A stretch of DNA of 64,000 nt from Verrucomicrobiota bacterium (GTDB taxonomy: Bacteria; Verrucomicrobiota; Verrucomicrobiia; Opitutales; Seribacteraceae): the NCBI GenBank assembly GCA_027622665.1, contig JAQBYT010000003.1, forward strand, positions 163,455 to 227,454, given 5' to 3'. The notes beneath the pieces are model-generated. The model was given only the letters and a program-made list of their open reading frames with translations. It was not told where the DNA came from and searched no databases. This document shows, in pieces, positions 40,399 to 50,614 of this stretch (the first letter of the stretch is position 1; every line of letters begins with the position of its first letter). Both the position numbers and the translations under genes were made by a program.

Positions 40399-41727
40399 AT
40401 GAATAAGCCGGCTCTTCATTGGAGAATTCTCATAGCACTCTCATTGGCTTTTGTGATAGGGATTACCGCCAACTACTTGACAGAAGGGGTTGGAAACAAA
40501 CCTGTCTGGTTTGATAATCTCGAGTACGGAACGCGTTATCTCGGAACGCTCTTTCTGAACGCGCTTAAAATGGTCGTGGTGCCCCTTGTCACCACATCCA
40601 TCATCTGCGGGATCATAAACGTGGGAGGTGAAAAAGACTTCGGAAGACTCGGGGGAAAAACACTCGCTTTTTACGCCACCTCCGGCTTTTTCGCGGTAGT
40701 TACGGGTTTGCTGTGCGTAAACTTGCTCCAACCCGGTAAAGTCGAGCCAGAGCTTCGTGCAACCATGCTAGCTCAAGAATCCGCAGTGCATCAGGATGAA
40801 ATTGCCGGAGCTTTGGAGAACGCAAACGATGGTTTTCGAAGCGTGCTCGAAATTTTCCAAAGAATGATTCCTTCCAATCTTTTCGTTGCTGCTGCGGAAG
40901 GGCAACTCCTTGGACTCATCTTTTTTAGCCTGCTGCTGGGTTTCTTTATCTCTAAGCTACCGGAGAATCATCGCGAAAGTCAGACTCGTTTTTGGGAAAG
41001 CTTCAACGCAGCCATCCTCGCCATCACTAAATTCATCATCGGGTTCGCCCCCTTTGGAGTCTTCGGTCTGGTGACTCCTACCTTAATGACGACGGGAACG
41101 GAACTGTTCGGCGTCATGGGCAAATTCGCCGTCACCGTTCTGCTGGGATTGGCGATTCACGCTTTCTTCATCCTACCGCTTTTACTCAAATTTGTGGCAA
41201 GAGAAAAGCCTTGGAAACATTTCTACGCAATGTCCCCTGCCCTACTCACGGCATTTTCCACCGCGTCCTCTTCTGCGACCTTACCGCTAACTATGGAGTG
41301 TGCCCGAAAGCGTGCAGGCGTTTCGCACAAGGTAACAAGCTTCACCCTCCCTCTCGGAGCTACCGTAAATATGGATGGAACCGCTCTTTTCGAATGCGTA
41401 GTCGTTGTTTTCCTCGCCCAGCTGTTTGGCATCGAAATGGGACTGGTTACCCAATTTTCAGTTGTACTGATGGCCTTGCTAACTTCAATCGGCGTAGCGG
41501 GAATTCCCTCCGCTAGCTTAGTGGCCATTATCGTAATCCTTAATGCCGTTGGTTTCCCTGAGGCAAGCATCGCCACAGGCATCGGCATCGTTTATGTTGT
41601 GGATCGGATTTTGGATATGACACGCACCGCAGTAAACGTATTCGGCGACAGTTGCGCGGCGGTGGTAATTGGTAAGTCCGAAGGTGAAACCGATTACTAT
41701 CCTGAAAACGGAGCAACCAAGAGCTGA
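40399..41727 (+). CDS. Dicarboxylate/amino acid:cation symporter (GltP/DAACS family)
   Basis: LKMVVVPL, TAFSTASSSATLP, GATVNMDGTA, DRILDMTRT.VNV.GD. Confidence 0.93.
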   Translation: MNKPALHWRILIALSLAFVIGITANYLTEGVGNKPVWFDNLEYGTRYLGTLFLNALKMVVVPLVTTSIICGIINVGGEKDFGRLGGKTLAFYATSGFFAVVTGLLCVNLLQPGKVEPELRATMLAQESAVHQDEIAGALENANDGFRSVLEIFQRMIPSNLFVAAAEGQLLGLIFFSLLLGFFISKLPENHRESQTRFWESFNAAILAITKFIIGFAPFGVFGLVTPTLMTTGTELFGVMGKFAVTVLLGLAIHAFFILPLLLKFVAREKPWKHFYAMSPALLTAFSTASSSATLPLTMECARKRAGVSHKVTSFTLPLGATVNMDGTALFECVVVVFLAQLFGIEMGLVTQFSVVLMALLTSIGVAGIPSASLVAIIVILNAVGFPEASIATGIGIVYVVDRILDMTRTAVNVFGDSCAAVVIGKSEGETDYYPENGATKS

Positions 41728-41732
41728 GAGTC

Positions 41733-43778
41733 ATGGATTTCCGCTTGGTTGCCGACTACAAACCTAAGGGCGACCAACCCGAGGCAATTCGCAAGCTCGT
41801 CGATTCCGTCCGCTCGAACAACAGACACCAGACTCTTCTCGGGGTAACCGGTTCGGGTAAAACCTTCACGATGGCCAATGTGATCGAGCAATTGCAACGA
41901 TCGGCTCTAATCATTTCTCACAACAAGACCTTGGCGGCACAGCTCTATTCGGAGTTCAAGGCATTCTTTCCTCACAATGCGGTGGAATACTTTGTTAGCT
42001 ACTATGACTACTATCAACCCGAGGCATATGTCCCTTCTACCGATAGTTTCATAGAAAAGGATTCTTCCATAAACGAGGAAATCGAGCGTTTGAGACTTGC
42101 TGCCACCGGTTCTCTAATTAGCCGACGAGACGTCATAGTCGTCGCCAGCGTATCATGTATCTATGGTCTCGGTTCTCCCGACGATTTTCGGGCACTCTCG
42201 TTTGAGGTTTCCGTAGGAGAGGAATTCGGTCGCGACAAGCTTCTGGAAAAACTTGTGGAGGGGCTCTACGCGAGAAACGACGTTGAACTCAAGGCAGGAA
42301 ACTTCCGCGTCAGAGGAGACGTGATCGACATTTTCCCCGCGTACTCCCAAAACCTCTTACGAATTGAGTTCTGGGGAGATGAAGTGGAAAACATCCGCGA
42401 ACTTGATCCTGTCTCCGGGGAAACGATAAACAGGCTTGAAGGCTACCGAGTATATCCAGCCAACCAGTATGTAACAACCAAAGAAAAAGTAAGCGTTGCC
42501 ATTGCGGCTATTCGCCAAGAACTCGAGGAACGCGTAGCTTGGTTCGAATCGGAAAACCTGTTGCTGGAAGCGCAACGGATACGCATGCGTACGGAATACG
42601 ACTTGGAGATGCTGCAAGAAATCGGCTTTTGCAATGGAATCGAAAACTATTCACGGCATCTATCCGGCCGCAAACCAGGTCAACGACCGTGGTGTCTCAT
42701 CGACTTCTTCCCGGACGACATGCTTCTTTTCCTAGATGAGAGTCACGTCACCCTGCCGCAACTCGGCGGCATGGTGAAGGGAGATCTCTCACGAAAGCAA
42801 AAACTTGTAGACTATGGGTTTCGCCTCCCTTCCGCACTGGATAATCGTCCTCTGAAAACCGAGGAGTTTGCCGAGGTCACAGGTCAAACCATCTATGCTT
42901 CCGCAACGCCGGCAAAATTCGAGATTGAGCATTCCTCCTTGATCGTTGAGCAACTTATCCGGCCTACGGGACTTCTTGACCCGACTATGGAAGTGCGACC
43001 TCTCGAGGGTCAAGTGGAAGACTGTATAGGCGAAATCAAAAAAGTTATTGAAACCGGTGATCGCACACTGGTCACAACACTCACCAAGAGGATGTCGGAA
43101 GATCTTGCCGAATACCTTCGCGACCGGGAGATACGAGTAGAGTACCTTCACTCCGATATCGATGCCATTGAAAGAGTCGAAATCCTCCGCAACCTTAGGG
43201 CAGGCGAGTTCGACGTCCTTGTGGGAGTGAATCTTTTGAGGGAAGGTCTGGATTTGCCCGAAGTGGCATTAGTTGTAGTGCTTGACGCAGACAAGGAAGG
43301 TTTTCTAAGGAGCGAAACCAGTCTCACCCAAACGGCGGGTCGCGCAGCACGGCATGAAAAAGGAAGGGTGGTCTTTTACGCGGACATAATCACCAACTCC
43401 CTCGGGCGAACCTTGGAAGTCTCGCATAACCGCCGTGAGAGGCAAAAGGCTTATAATGCAGAACATGGGATTATCCCAAAAGGGATACGACGCCCCGTGC
43501 AGCCAAGCCTGCGAGAGAAGAAAGCGGAGGACAACCTATTGGCTGTTTCGGAACCTATCTCGAACAACGAAGCAAAGGAGCTAATAAAGGAGTTGGAAAA
43601 GGAAATGTTGGAGGCTGTCAAACGATTGGAGTTTGAGAAGGCCGCCCTGCTCAGAGACCAAATCGAATTCCTGCGAGGTGGAGCCGAAAAACTTCGAAAA
43701 GCTCAAGCAGGCGGCTACCAACGTCGAAAAAAACTAAAGTACGGGAAAACAAAGAAGTATGGCGGCAAAGAAAAATAG
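41733..43778 (+). CDS. uvrB: Excinuclease ABC subunit B
   Basis: LGVTGSGKTFT, YYDYYQPEAY, DESH, NLLREGLDLPEV, C-terminal UVR domain. Confidence 0.98.
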   Translation: MDFRLVADYKPKGDQPEAIRKLVDSVRSNNRHQTLLGVTGSGKTFTMANVIEQLQRSALIISHNKTLAAQLYSEFKAFFPHNAVEYFVSYYDYYQPEAYVPSTDSFIEKDSSINEEIERLRLAATGSLISRRDVIVVASVSCIYGLGSPDDFRALSFEVSVGEEFGRDKLLEKLVEGLYARNDVELKAGNFRVRGDVIDIFPAYSQNLLRIEFWGDEVENIRELDPVSGETINRLEGYRVYPANQYVTTKEKVSVAIAAIRQELEERVAWFESENLLLEAQRIRMRTEYDLEMLQEIGFCNGIENYSRHLSGRKPGQRPWCLIDFFPDDMLLFLDESHVTLPQLGGMVKGDLSRKQKLVDYGFRLPSALDNRPLKTEEFAEVTGQTIYASATPAKFEIEHSSLIVEQLIRPTGLLDPTMEVRPLEGQVEDCIGEIKKVIETGDRTLVTTLTKRMSEDLAEYLRDREIRVEYLHSDIDAIERVEILRNLRAGEFDVLVGVNLLREGLDLPEVALVVVLDADKEGFLRSETSLTQTAGRAARHEKGRVVFYADIITNSLGRTLEVSHNRRERQKAYNAEHGIIPKGIRRPVQPSLREKKAEDNLLAVSEPISNNEAKELIKELEKEMLEAVKRLEFEKAALLRDQIEFLRGGAEKLRKAQAGGYQRRKKLKYGKTKKYGGKEK

Positions 43779-44592
43779 GTATCTTGTTTGGCTAGCACCC
43801 CTATTCCTCTTGCTTGCAGGACAATGCTTGGGTGAACTTACCTCCGAAAAGCGATTGCTCTTTAAATTCGATAAAATTGATGTCCGTGGAGAAGTGGATG
43901 TCTTTCTGCACCAAGGAAGAAGACTGAGGGAGGCCACAGTCTACGCAGACAAGGAAATTATTGAACAAGTCTGGACTCGGGTAGAGAACAAGACGCTTAT
44001 CATCGACGCCAACAACAGTGTGCAGTTCGGTCGTCGACTTCCCTTTCTGCGAATCAACGCACAGCGCGTCTACCCTGTAGAGGTAATCGTATCCATTCAG
44101 GACCTGAAAGAAATTGCCATCACAGGAACAGGCAACCTCAGTGGTTCCGGAATTAATGCAGGGCACCTCAAACTATTCTCTGCAAGCCCCGGGAGGCTAG
44201 ACCTCCGTCAGTTTTCCGCGGAATCGCTCGAAGTGATACAAGAAGGCGCAGGGGACATCATCCTAAAAGGAGCTCCTCTTGCCAATCTGAACGCCACCGT
44301 AAACGGTACCGGCACCATTCGAGCAGCGGGACTAGAAGTCAGCAGGGCTACCATAGCACTTAATGGGAAGGGTCACGCATACCTCGCTCCAAACGATTGG
44401 CTCGACGCCCGACTCCCGAGTGCAGGCAATCTGTTTATTACAAGAAAGCCTGGACAAAGCATAATCCAAGGAGGTGGAACAGGTTCCGTAACAATGATCT
44501 TTCCTCAAGAAGAGTCGCGTATCGATCAGAATGCAACTAAACCAGCCTTCGATAGAAATACCACGCCATTCAACAAACAAACAAATCAGTAG
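43759..44592 (+). CDS. GIN-domain (DUF2807-like) secreted protein
   Basis: Signal peptide; FDKIDVRG.VDV; repeated G.G.I/L beta-solenoid motifs. Confidence 0.75.
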   Translation: MAAKKNRYLVWLAPLFLLLAGQCLGELTSEKRLLFKFDKIDVRGEVDVFLHQGRRLREATVYADKEIIEQVWTRVENKTLIIDANNSVQFGRRLPFLRINAQRVYPVEVIVSIQDLKEIAITGTGNLSGSGINAGHLKLFSASPGRLDLRQFSAESLEVIQEGAGDIILKGAPLANLNATVNGTGTIRAAGLEVSRATIALNGKGHAYLAPNDWLDARLPSAGNLFITRKPGQSIIQGGGTGSVTMIFPQEESRIDQNATKPAFDRNTTPFNKQTNQ

Positions 44593-44653
44593 CTAACACC
44601 TCACGAAAACCACAGGGCAAGGTTCCTCCACGAGGTAAAAGAAACCGTCGGAC

Positions 44654-45496
44654 TCAGATTTCGATTTCCTCGCCCTCAATGGCGGGACGAATACCTGATT
44701 GTATCTTGGCTACCTCTTCCGCGATGGCATCCATCCTGGCATCGTCATGCGAAGGATCGTGATGGAATAGAAAAGTCTGTTTTACATTTGCGGCTTGAGC
44801 CACTTTGACGGCTTCCTGCCAAGTAGAGTGCCCCCATCCTTTGAACTTGTCGTACTCTTCCTCGGTGTAGGCAGAGTCATAGACCATAATGTCTGCATCA
44901 TGTGAAAGGGATACCACGCTTTGGTCGAGACCATCCTCAAAGTGTTCCGTGTCCGTGCATATGGCTATGGCTTTACCTGCAAACTCGATGCGATACCCGC
45001 AAGCGCCATTAGGATGGTTTAGTTTCCCGGTTCTAATAACGATACCTTCCTCGAGCTCGAATACTTGACCACAATTGTAGTCGTTAAAGGTGCATGCTTG
45101 CTCAATTAGAGAACTGGGAACTGGGAATATCGGATCCTTCATCAACATTGTGCCAATCAGACCTTGCAGGTCATATGGTGGTTGCAAATGACCTGCATGA
45201 AGCCGAACGTTGTTCTTTGGATTGTATAGAGGAGCAAAGAAAGGCAACCCTTGGATGTGATCCATGTGGGTGTGAGTGAAGAAAATGTCGGCATCCAGAA
45301 TATTACCTTCCTCCAACATGATTTTCTTGCCAAGGGTGCGAATCCCGGTACCCGCATCAATGATGATGCGGCGAGAACCACAAGTGACCTCAAAGCAGGT
45401 GGTATTGCCGCCGTATTTAACGGTATCTGGGCCAGGGCAAGCAATGCTGCCCCTAGTTCCCCAGAACTTGAGCCGAAAGGTAGTGTTATCGGACAT
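44654..45496 (-). CDS. MBL-fold metallo-hydrolase (RNase Z/phosphodiesterase-like)
   Basis: WGTRGS, YGGNT.C, DAGTG, THTHMDH, GHS, FHHDP. Confidence 0.9.
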   Translation of the reverse strand: MSDNTTFRLKFWGTRGSIACPGPDTVKYGGNTTCFEVTCGSRRIIIDAGTGIRTLGKKIMLEEGNILDADIFFTHTHMDHIQGLPFFAPLYNPKNNVRLHAGHLQPPYDLQGLIGTMLMKDPIFPVPSSLIEQACTFNDYNCGQVFELEEGIVIRTGKLNHPNGACGYRIEFAGKAIAICTDTEHFEDGLDQSVVSLSHDADIMVYDSAYTEEEYDKFKGWGHSTWQEAVKVAQAANVKQTFLFHHDPSHDDARMDAIAEEVAKIQSGIRPAIEGEEIEI

Positions 45497-45576
45497 AAAT
45501 CTTATGGGTTTTCAGAAATGATGTGATTGTTTTGCTTGTTGGCAACCCCGAATGCAACTCTCTTCGCCAGAATCAC

Positions 45577-45849
45577 ATGAGTAAATGCGTACTCGAGTTC
45601 AAGGTAATACCAGGTACCTCCAAAACGGAATTTTCCGATTTGGAAGGCGAAGCGATTCGTGTCCGTGTGGCGGCACCGCCCGAAAAAGGTAAAGCAAACA
45701 AAGAATTGATTCGCTTTATAGCAAAGAGCTTGGGCATTCCAAAGGCGAACATCGTGTTACTTTCTGGAGAAGCTTCTCGAAGAAAACGGGTGCTAGTGAA
45801 AGGGATGAGCAAGGATCAGTTGATGCTAGATTTGCACAGAAAAGAGTGA
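45577..45849 (+). CDS. DUF167 (YggU-like) protein
   Basis: V.P, VAAPPEKGKANKEL, GEASRRK. Confidence 0.88.
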   Translation: MSKCVLEFKVIPGTSKTEFSDLEGEAIRVRVAAPPEKGKANKELIRFIAKSLGIPKANIVLLSGEASRRKRVLVKGMSKDQLMLDLHRKE

Positions 45850-45853
45850 GGTT

Positions 45854-46843
45854 TTATTCAACCCGGTCTCGCCACTGACCGTCTGGTTCTTGATAAGAGC
45901 GAGTCACGCGACCGTCTCCCCAATCATATCGCCCGTCGTATGCCAAACCGTTCCGAAATTCTCCGACGTAGGAAGTTCCGTCACCGAAATCGATACTTCC
46001 TTTGCCATGACGTAAACCGTCCTTCCAATAGCCGGAGTACACCGTTCCGGTTGAGACCACTTGTTGACCTTCACCTGACGGATTCCCGTCGAGAAAACTA
46101 CCGATATAACGCCTGCCCTCGGAATCCTCCAGAATCCCTTCCCCTGAATAAAACCCTTCCTTGAATGCACCGAAGTAAGTTGTTCCATCGCTCTTAACTA
46201 AAGATCCACTTCCTTCGTATATCCCGTTGAGAAATGAACCCACAAAGTGATCCCCGTTTGCCGCATGAAGCGAACCGGCTAGATAACGCCCTTCCGAATC
46301 AAAGATTCCCGTGAAAATCGCCCCGTCAGCTTGACCCATTTTACCCCGCTCAAGTGAATCTCCACGCCAGATTCCTGAGAGAAGAGTACCATCGACACCA
46401 CGAAATTCGCCATGAACCATAACGTTAGCTGACCATTCACCGACAAAGACAGAGCCATCAGTTAGATAAAGTGAACCGTAACCATTCCGCTTACCATTTT
46501 GCCAAACTCCGACATAACGAGACAGCTTTGCATCGGATTTATATCTATAAGTTCCCTGACCATGGGGAAGGCCTTCGCGAAAACTCCCGATGTAAACATC
46601 ATCGTTTATGTAACGTCTCTCTCCATACCCTTCAGGTTTTCCGGCTACGAGTTCGCCATCGTAAACGGAACCATCGTCGAAAACATGACGACCTTTCTTA
46701 CTCTTTACGGGAGAATGTTCATTTAAAGAATTGTCCCGATCCTCCGATGCGTTTTCAGCGCCACAACCACACAAGCAGAAACACAGGGTCCCACTTAAAA
46801 AGTAAATGCCTAACTGCGTAAAATGTTGGGCAAAGGAACTCAT
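45854..46843 (-). CDS. MORN-repeat putative lipoprotein
   Basis: LCGC lipobox and many Y.G.F/W..G...G.G MORN repeats. Confidence 0.88.
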   Translation of the reverse strand: MSSFAQHFTQLGIYFLSGTLCFCLCGCGAENASEDRDNSLNEHSPVKSKKGRHVFDDGSVYDGELVAGKPEGYGERRYINDDVYIGSFREGLPHGQGTYRYKSDAKLSRYVGVWQNGKRNGYGSLYLTDGSVFVGEWSANVMVHGEFRGVDGTLLSGIWRGDSLERGKMGQADGAIFTGIFDSEGRYLAGSLHAANGDHFVGSFLNGIYEGSGSLVKSDGTTYFGAFKEGFYSGEGILEDSEGRRYIGSFLDGNPSGEGQQVVSTGTVYSGYWKDGLRHGKGSIDFGDGTSYVGEFRNGLAYDGRYDWGDGRVTRSYQEPDGQWRDRVE

Positions 46844-46850
46844 GAGCGAA

Positions 46851-48137
46851 CTAAAAAGTAATGCTATTGGAAACTTGAAAAATACTGGTAACTATAGAGA
46901 CGGCGACAAGGGCTACGAGACCAAACGCAAAACCCAAAGCCCCTGCTGTGACTATCGTTGTCATGTGCTTAATTCTCCGTGAAAGTTCCGTCCGAAAGGA
47001 ATTGGCGATTTCTTCCAAGCTGTGGGCGAGATTTCCCGTTCGTTCGCCAACATCCATGACATCCAGTTGCATGGCTGGCATAAAGTCGAACTTCCGCAAG
47101 GCATCAGGCAACGATTTCCCTTCGTTCACCAATGCTCGGGCAGAGCGAAACTTCATACGAAAAGAAAGATTCTGAATCGTACGCTCGGACAGACGAAGAT
47201 TCTCCGTAAGACCTATTCCGCTGGTAACAAGTGTTCCGACCAGACTGTTGAGTTGAAACAACTCAGAATAATATAGAATGCGACCGATCAGAGGAATACG
47301 TAGCATGGCCCCTGACACCGCGATCCCACCCGCTTCCGTTTTCTTCCATTGCCGAACGGAGAATGCCCCAATGAGCAGGAAGAGAACTACAAAAGGTCCA
47401 AAGGTCATGACCAAGTTCGAACCCGTGATCAGAGCCTTTGCCATAAAATTCAGTTCACCACCCAAAGAGTCGAGCATATCTTGAATTTGAGGAAGAAGAA
47501 AAAAGAGAAAAAACAGGACAACGCCAAAAGCAATAAAGCCGATAAAAGAAGGATAGGCCATACTCCCCAAAACCTTGCTGCGAATTTCTCTTTTCTCCTC
47601 AATGTAACCAATGATCCTGCGGAGTATCGGCGCAACGCTGCCAGTGGCCTCACCAGCCTCAATGACGTAAGAAGTAGACTCGCCGAAATAATCGGGCATC
47701 AACCTCATGGCTCTAGCCAGTGATCTTCCTTCGGACAATTCTCTCCAAAGAGTTCCGGCAATTTCCTTTTGCTGGGGGTCGGACAGACGCTGATGCAGTA
47801 ACTTCACGGAATCCGCAACGGGCATACCACTCCCATGAAGTTCGAGTAAGCGCTTCATAAACTCAAGCCCCAGCTTTTCTCTAGAACCGCCTAAAAAAAA
47901 GCTCTTTTGGCGAGCACTATTGTCCCTCGCATCATCTTTGGAAGCAAGATTGGTTCTCTTTCGAGATTTAGCCTTTGCTTTCGCTCCACCGCCAATATTC
48001 CCCTTCGTTTTAATGTCAACCGGGGTCAGCCCTTTTCCTCGCAAGTGCGAGCGAACCGATCGTCGATCGTCCGCCTCCAATTCACCGGGGATGGTCCGAC
48101 CGCGGGAGTCAATGGCTACATAGCTAAACGTTGGCAT
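46851..48137 (-). CDS. gspF: Type II secretion inner-membrane platform protein F
   Basis: F.Y.AID..G, EAGEATG, MAYP, VGERTGNL; two T2SSF domains. Confidence 0.9.
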   Translation of the reverse strand: MPTFSYVAIDSRGRTIPGELEADDRRSVRSHLRGKGLTPVDIKTKGNIGGGAKAKAKSRKRTNLASKDDARDNSARQKSFFLGGSREKLGLEFMKRLLELHGSGMPVADSVKLLHQRLSDPQQKEIAGTLWRELSEGRSLARAMRLMPDYFGESTSYVIEAGEATGSVAPILRRIIGYIEEKREIRSKVLGSMAYPSFIGFIAFGVVLFFLFFLLPQIQDMLDSLGGELNFMAKALITGSNLVMTFGPFVVLFLLIGAFSVRQWKKTEAGGIAVSGAMLRIPLIGRILYYSELFQLNSLVGTLVTSGIGLTENLRLSERTIQNLSFRMKFRSARALVNEGKSLPDALRKFDFMPAMQLDVMDVGERTGNLAHSLEEIANSFRTELSRRIKHMTTIVTAGALGFAFGLVALVAVSIVTSIFQVSNSITF

Positions 48138-48200
48138 GGCAAACTCTAGATATAGCAAGAAGGCAACGAAAGGGGTAAATCTCCTTTCACATCATTATAA

Positions 48201-50000
48201 TCAAAGGGTTTGAAGGACTGGTGGGGTCTTTTGGTGAAGACCATTGCCGCTGACTTCGGCAAAACCATCAGAGTAGCGAACCACTTCCTCGAAAGTGGTT
48301 AGTCCTCTCTTTATCTGATCCCAACCGCTTAATTGAAGGCTACGCATACCTTCTTCGATTGCGACACGACGAATATCGGGCGTTGCCGCGTTTTTAATTA
48401 CGAGACTATGAATTCCATCGCTCATAGGCATAATCTCAAAAATACCTACACGTCCCCTGTAGCCGAGGTTCTGACACTGTTGACAACCGACCGACCTCAA
48501 AACGTTGTCACCATACGCCACTTCTTCGTCTGGCACTCCCAACAGTGTTAGATTTGCTCGAAACTGACCTTCTTCCAAATCTGCCCTTGAAGAACAGATG
48601 TGGCACAACCTTCTAACCAAGCGCTGGGCAATCACCATCTCGATCGAAGATGCGATCAAAAACGGTTCGATCTCCATATCGATTAAGCGGGTAATCGCTC
48701 CGGGGGCGTCATTGGTATGAAGGGTGCTAAGAACAAGGTGACCTGTAAGAGAAGCGCGAATGGCGATGTCGGCAGTTTCGGAGTCCCGAATCTCTCCAAT
48801 CATAATGACGTCGGGATCCTGCCTCAAAATTTCTCTTAACACACTGGCGAAAGTGAAACCGATTTCAGCATTCACCTGAGTTTGATTGACGCCTGCAACC
48901 TCGTACTCGACGGGATCCTCAACCGTCATTATTCGAGTTTGCGGCCTATGGATTTTACGAATGAACGCAGTCAATGAAGTGGATTTCCCGGAACCGGTGG
49001 GCCCGGTGACGAGGACAATTCCATGAGGTTTTTCCAAGATAGCAGTGATTATCTTTTCGTTTTGGGGAAGCAGACCCAATTCGGCCATAGAAAGAGGCTG
49101 GGATTTCTCATTCAACAGACGAAGACTTACACTCTCTCCGTAAAGGGTAGGCAAGGTCGAGACCCGGATATCAAGATCGCTCTGCCCCTGGGTGAAGGTG
49201 ATGCGTCCACCTTGCGGTCTACGTTTCTCCGAAATATTGATCCCGCTCATGATCTTGATGCGGGAAATAATGGCATCTTGGAAGCTGCGAAGATTGTCGG
49301 GGACTCGTATAGGAACGAGTTGACCGTCAATCCTGTAGCGTATCTGAAGAGTTTCCTTGTGAGGTTCGAAATGAATGTCGGTGGCACGATCAACAATTGC
49401 TCGTTGGATAACCTCGTTGACAAAACGAATGATGGCCGCGTTTTGATCCTCAAGATCGTCGGCGCCCTCTTCTTCTTCATCAAGGTCGAGATCCGACTCC
49501 TCTAGACTATCGGCCCCTATCCCAAAGTTCTCAGTAATTGCTCGGACCACGTTCTCGGGCGATCCAAGAGACCACACTGGTTTCCTACCGGAAACCGCGA
49601 AGACCCAACGGCTCATCCTATTAGTCGGGGGCCATACTGTAACGATGGAGATCTTACCGTCTTCCGATCCCTCCATGGGCAAACAACAGTATTTGTGAAT
49701 AATCCTCAAGGGCAGCAACCGGGTAGCATTCTCCGAAATGCTGAAATCCTCCAATACGGGAATCCCCACACGTTCCCCCACCTCCTTTAGAGTCTCATCG
49801 ATCGACTTGGAGTGGTTGGAGGCAAGAAGGCGCGCACGATCCTCCCGCGGGGACTTCAAGATATTCACCTTGTCAACATCGCTCAAACCGTCGGACCACC
49901 AATCAAGCTCCGAAGGTGAAGGTCCACGCGGGGCAGGCATTGCGGTTCTGTCTGATTCCTGCCGCTCGGTCACCTTGGACTTTTTTTTGAGATTAATCAT
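48201..50000 (-). CDS. gspE: Type II secretion ATPase E
   Basis: [46 protein letters not shown], CxxC...CxxC. Confidence 0.93.
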   Translation of the reverse strand: MINLKKKSKVTERQESDRTAMPAPRGPSPSELDWWSDGLSDVDKVNILKSPREDRARLLASNHSKSIDETLKEVGERVGIPVLEDFSISENATRLLPLRIIHKYCCLPMEGSEDGKISIVTVWPPTNRMSRWVFAVSGRKPVWSLGSPENVVRAITENFGIGADSLEESDLDLDEEEEGADDLEDQNAAIIRFVNEVIQRAIVDRATDIHFEPHKETLQIRYRIDGQLVPIRVPDNLRSFQDAIISRIKIMSGINISEKRRPQGGRITFTQGQSDLDIRVSTLPTLYGESVSLRLLNEKSQPLSMAELGLLPQNEKIITAILEKPHGIVLVTGPTGSGKSTSLTAFIRKIHRPQTRIMTVEDPVEYEVAGVNQTQVNAEIGFTFASVLREILRQDPDVIMIGEIRDSETADIAIRASLTGHLVLSTLHTNDAPGAITRLIDMEIEPFLIASSIEMVIAQRLVRRLCHICSSRADLEEGQFRANLTLLGVPDEEVAYGDNVLRSVGCQQCQNLGYRGRVGIFEIMPMSDGIHSLVIKNAATPDIRRVAIEEGMRSLQLSGWDQIKRGLTTFEEVVRYSDGFAEVSGNGLHQKTPPVLQTL

Positions 50001-50005
50001 TGAAC

Positions 50006-50614
50006 TCAGGGCTTCCTCGGCACAACAAGGCGCGGTCGACCAGCGGAAGAGGCGGGAGGTCTTACGGTAGAGCGACTAGGAGCTCGTGGCGGAATGGTCA
50101 CAGTCCGCCTCACTCCACTCTGGCCAGGGAAAGTAACCCGATTGGCAGTAGTTGTTGCAGTAGGTTTCTTGGTAATAGCCTTGGGCTTTCCTTGACCGGG
50201 AACCGGTAGAGTTTTGTTGGCGGATTCGCGAAGAGAAAGAGAAATTCCTCCCTTGAGCTTCAATACGTCGTTCGCTTCATCAAAGCTTTCTACCTCGATA
50301 TTGGCTTCAGTCAAAGCATCTCCGGGCGTGATCCAATAACCTTTGTTCTTAACCTTGTCGTGAATGCTAAAATGCCAAACGTCGCGATAGCGGAAAATCC
50401 CGCGCAACTCCAAATTGGGATTTACGGGTTTGGGCTTAGGAGCAACCGGCATAGGCTTTATGACAGGAGCAGGAGGACGGGATGTCTTGGATCCCGGGGG
50501 GAGAAATGGATTACTTTGGGCAACGAGCGAGGAGACGCACGCGAAGAAGAGGAGCACGGGACTCCTTAAAGTAGAATTCCGGATTTCACTCATTGAAAAA
50601 GAAAGAAGGCTCAT
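50006..50614 (-). CDS. Hypothetical T2SS-associated protein (GspC-like by position)
   Basis: N-terminal hydrophobic segment, NPF, Pro linker, LELRGI HR-like motif. Lies between gspD and gspE. Confidence 0.55.
   Translation of the reverse strand: MSLLSFSMSEIRNSTLRSPVLLFFACVSSLVAQSNPFLPPGSKTSRPPAPVIKPMPVAPKPKPVNPNLELRGIFRYRDVWHFSIHDKVKNKGYWITPGDALTEANIEVESFDEANDVLKLKGGISLSLRESANKTLPVPGQGKPKAITKKPTATTTANRVTFPGQSGVRRTVTIPPRAPSRSTVRPPASSAGRPRLVVPRKP

Noticed and set aside
44654..45496. MBL hydrolase as the c-di-AMP phosphodiesterase partner of the DAC fusion
   Set aside because: It is over 13 kb away, is not a DHH/HD family enzyme, and nothing in the sequence links the two.
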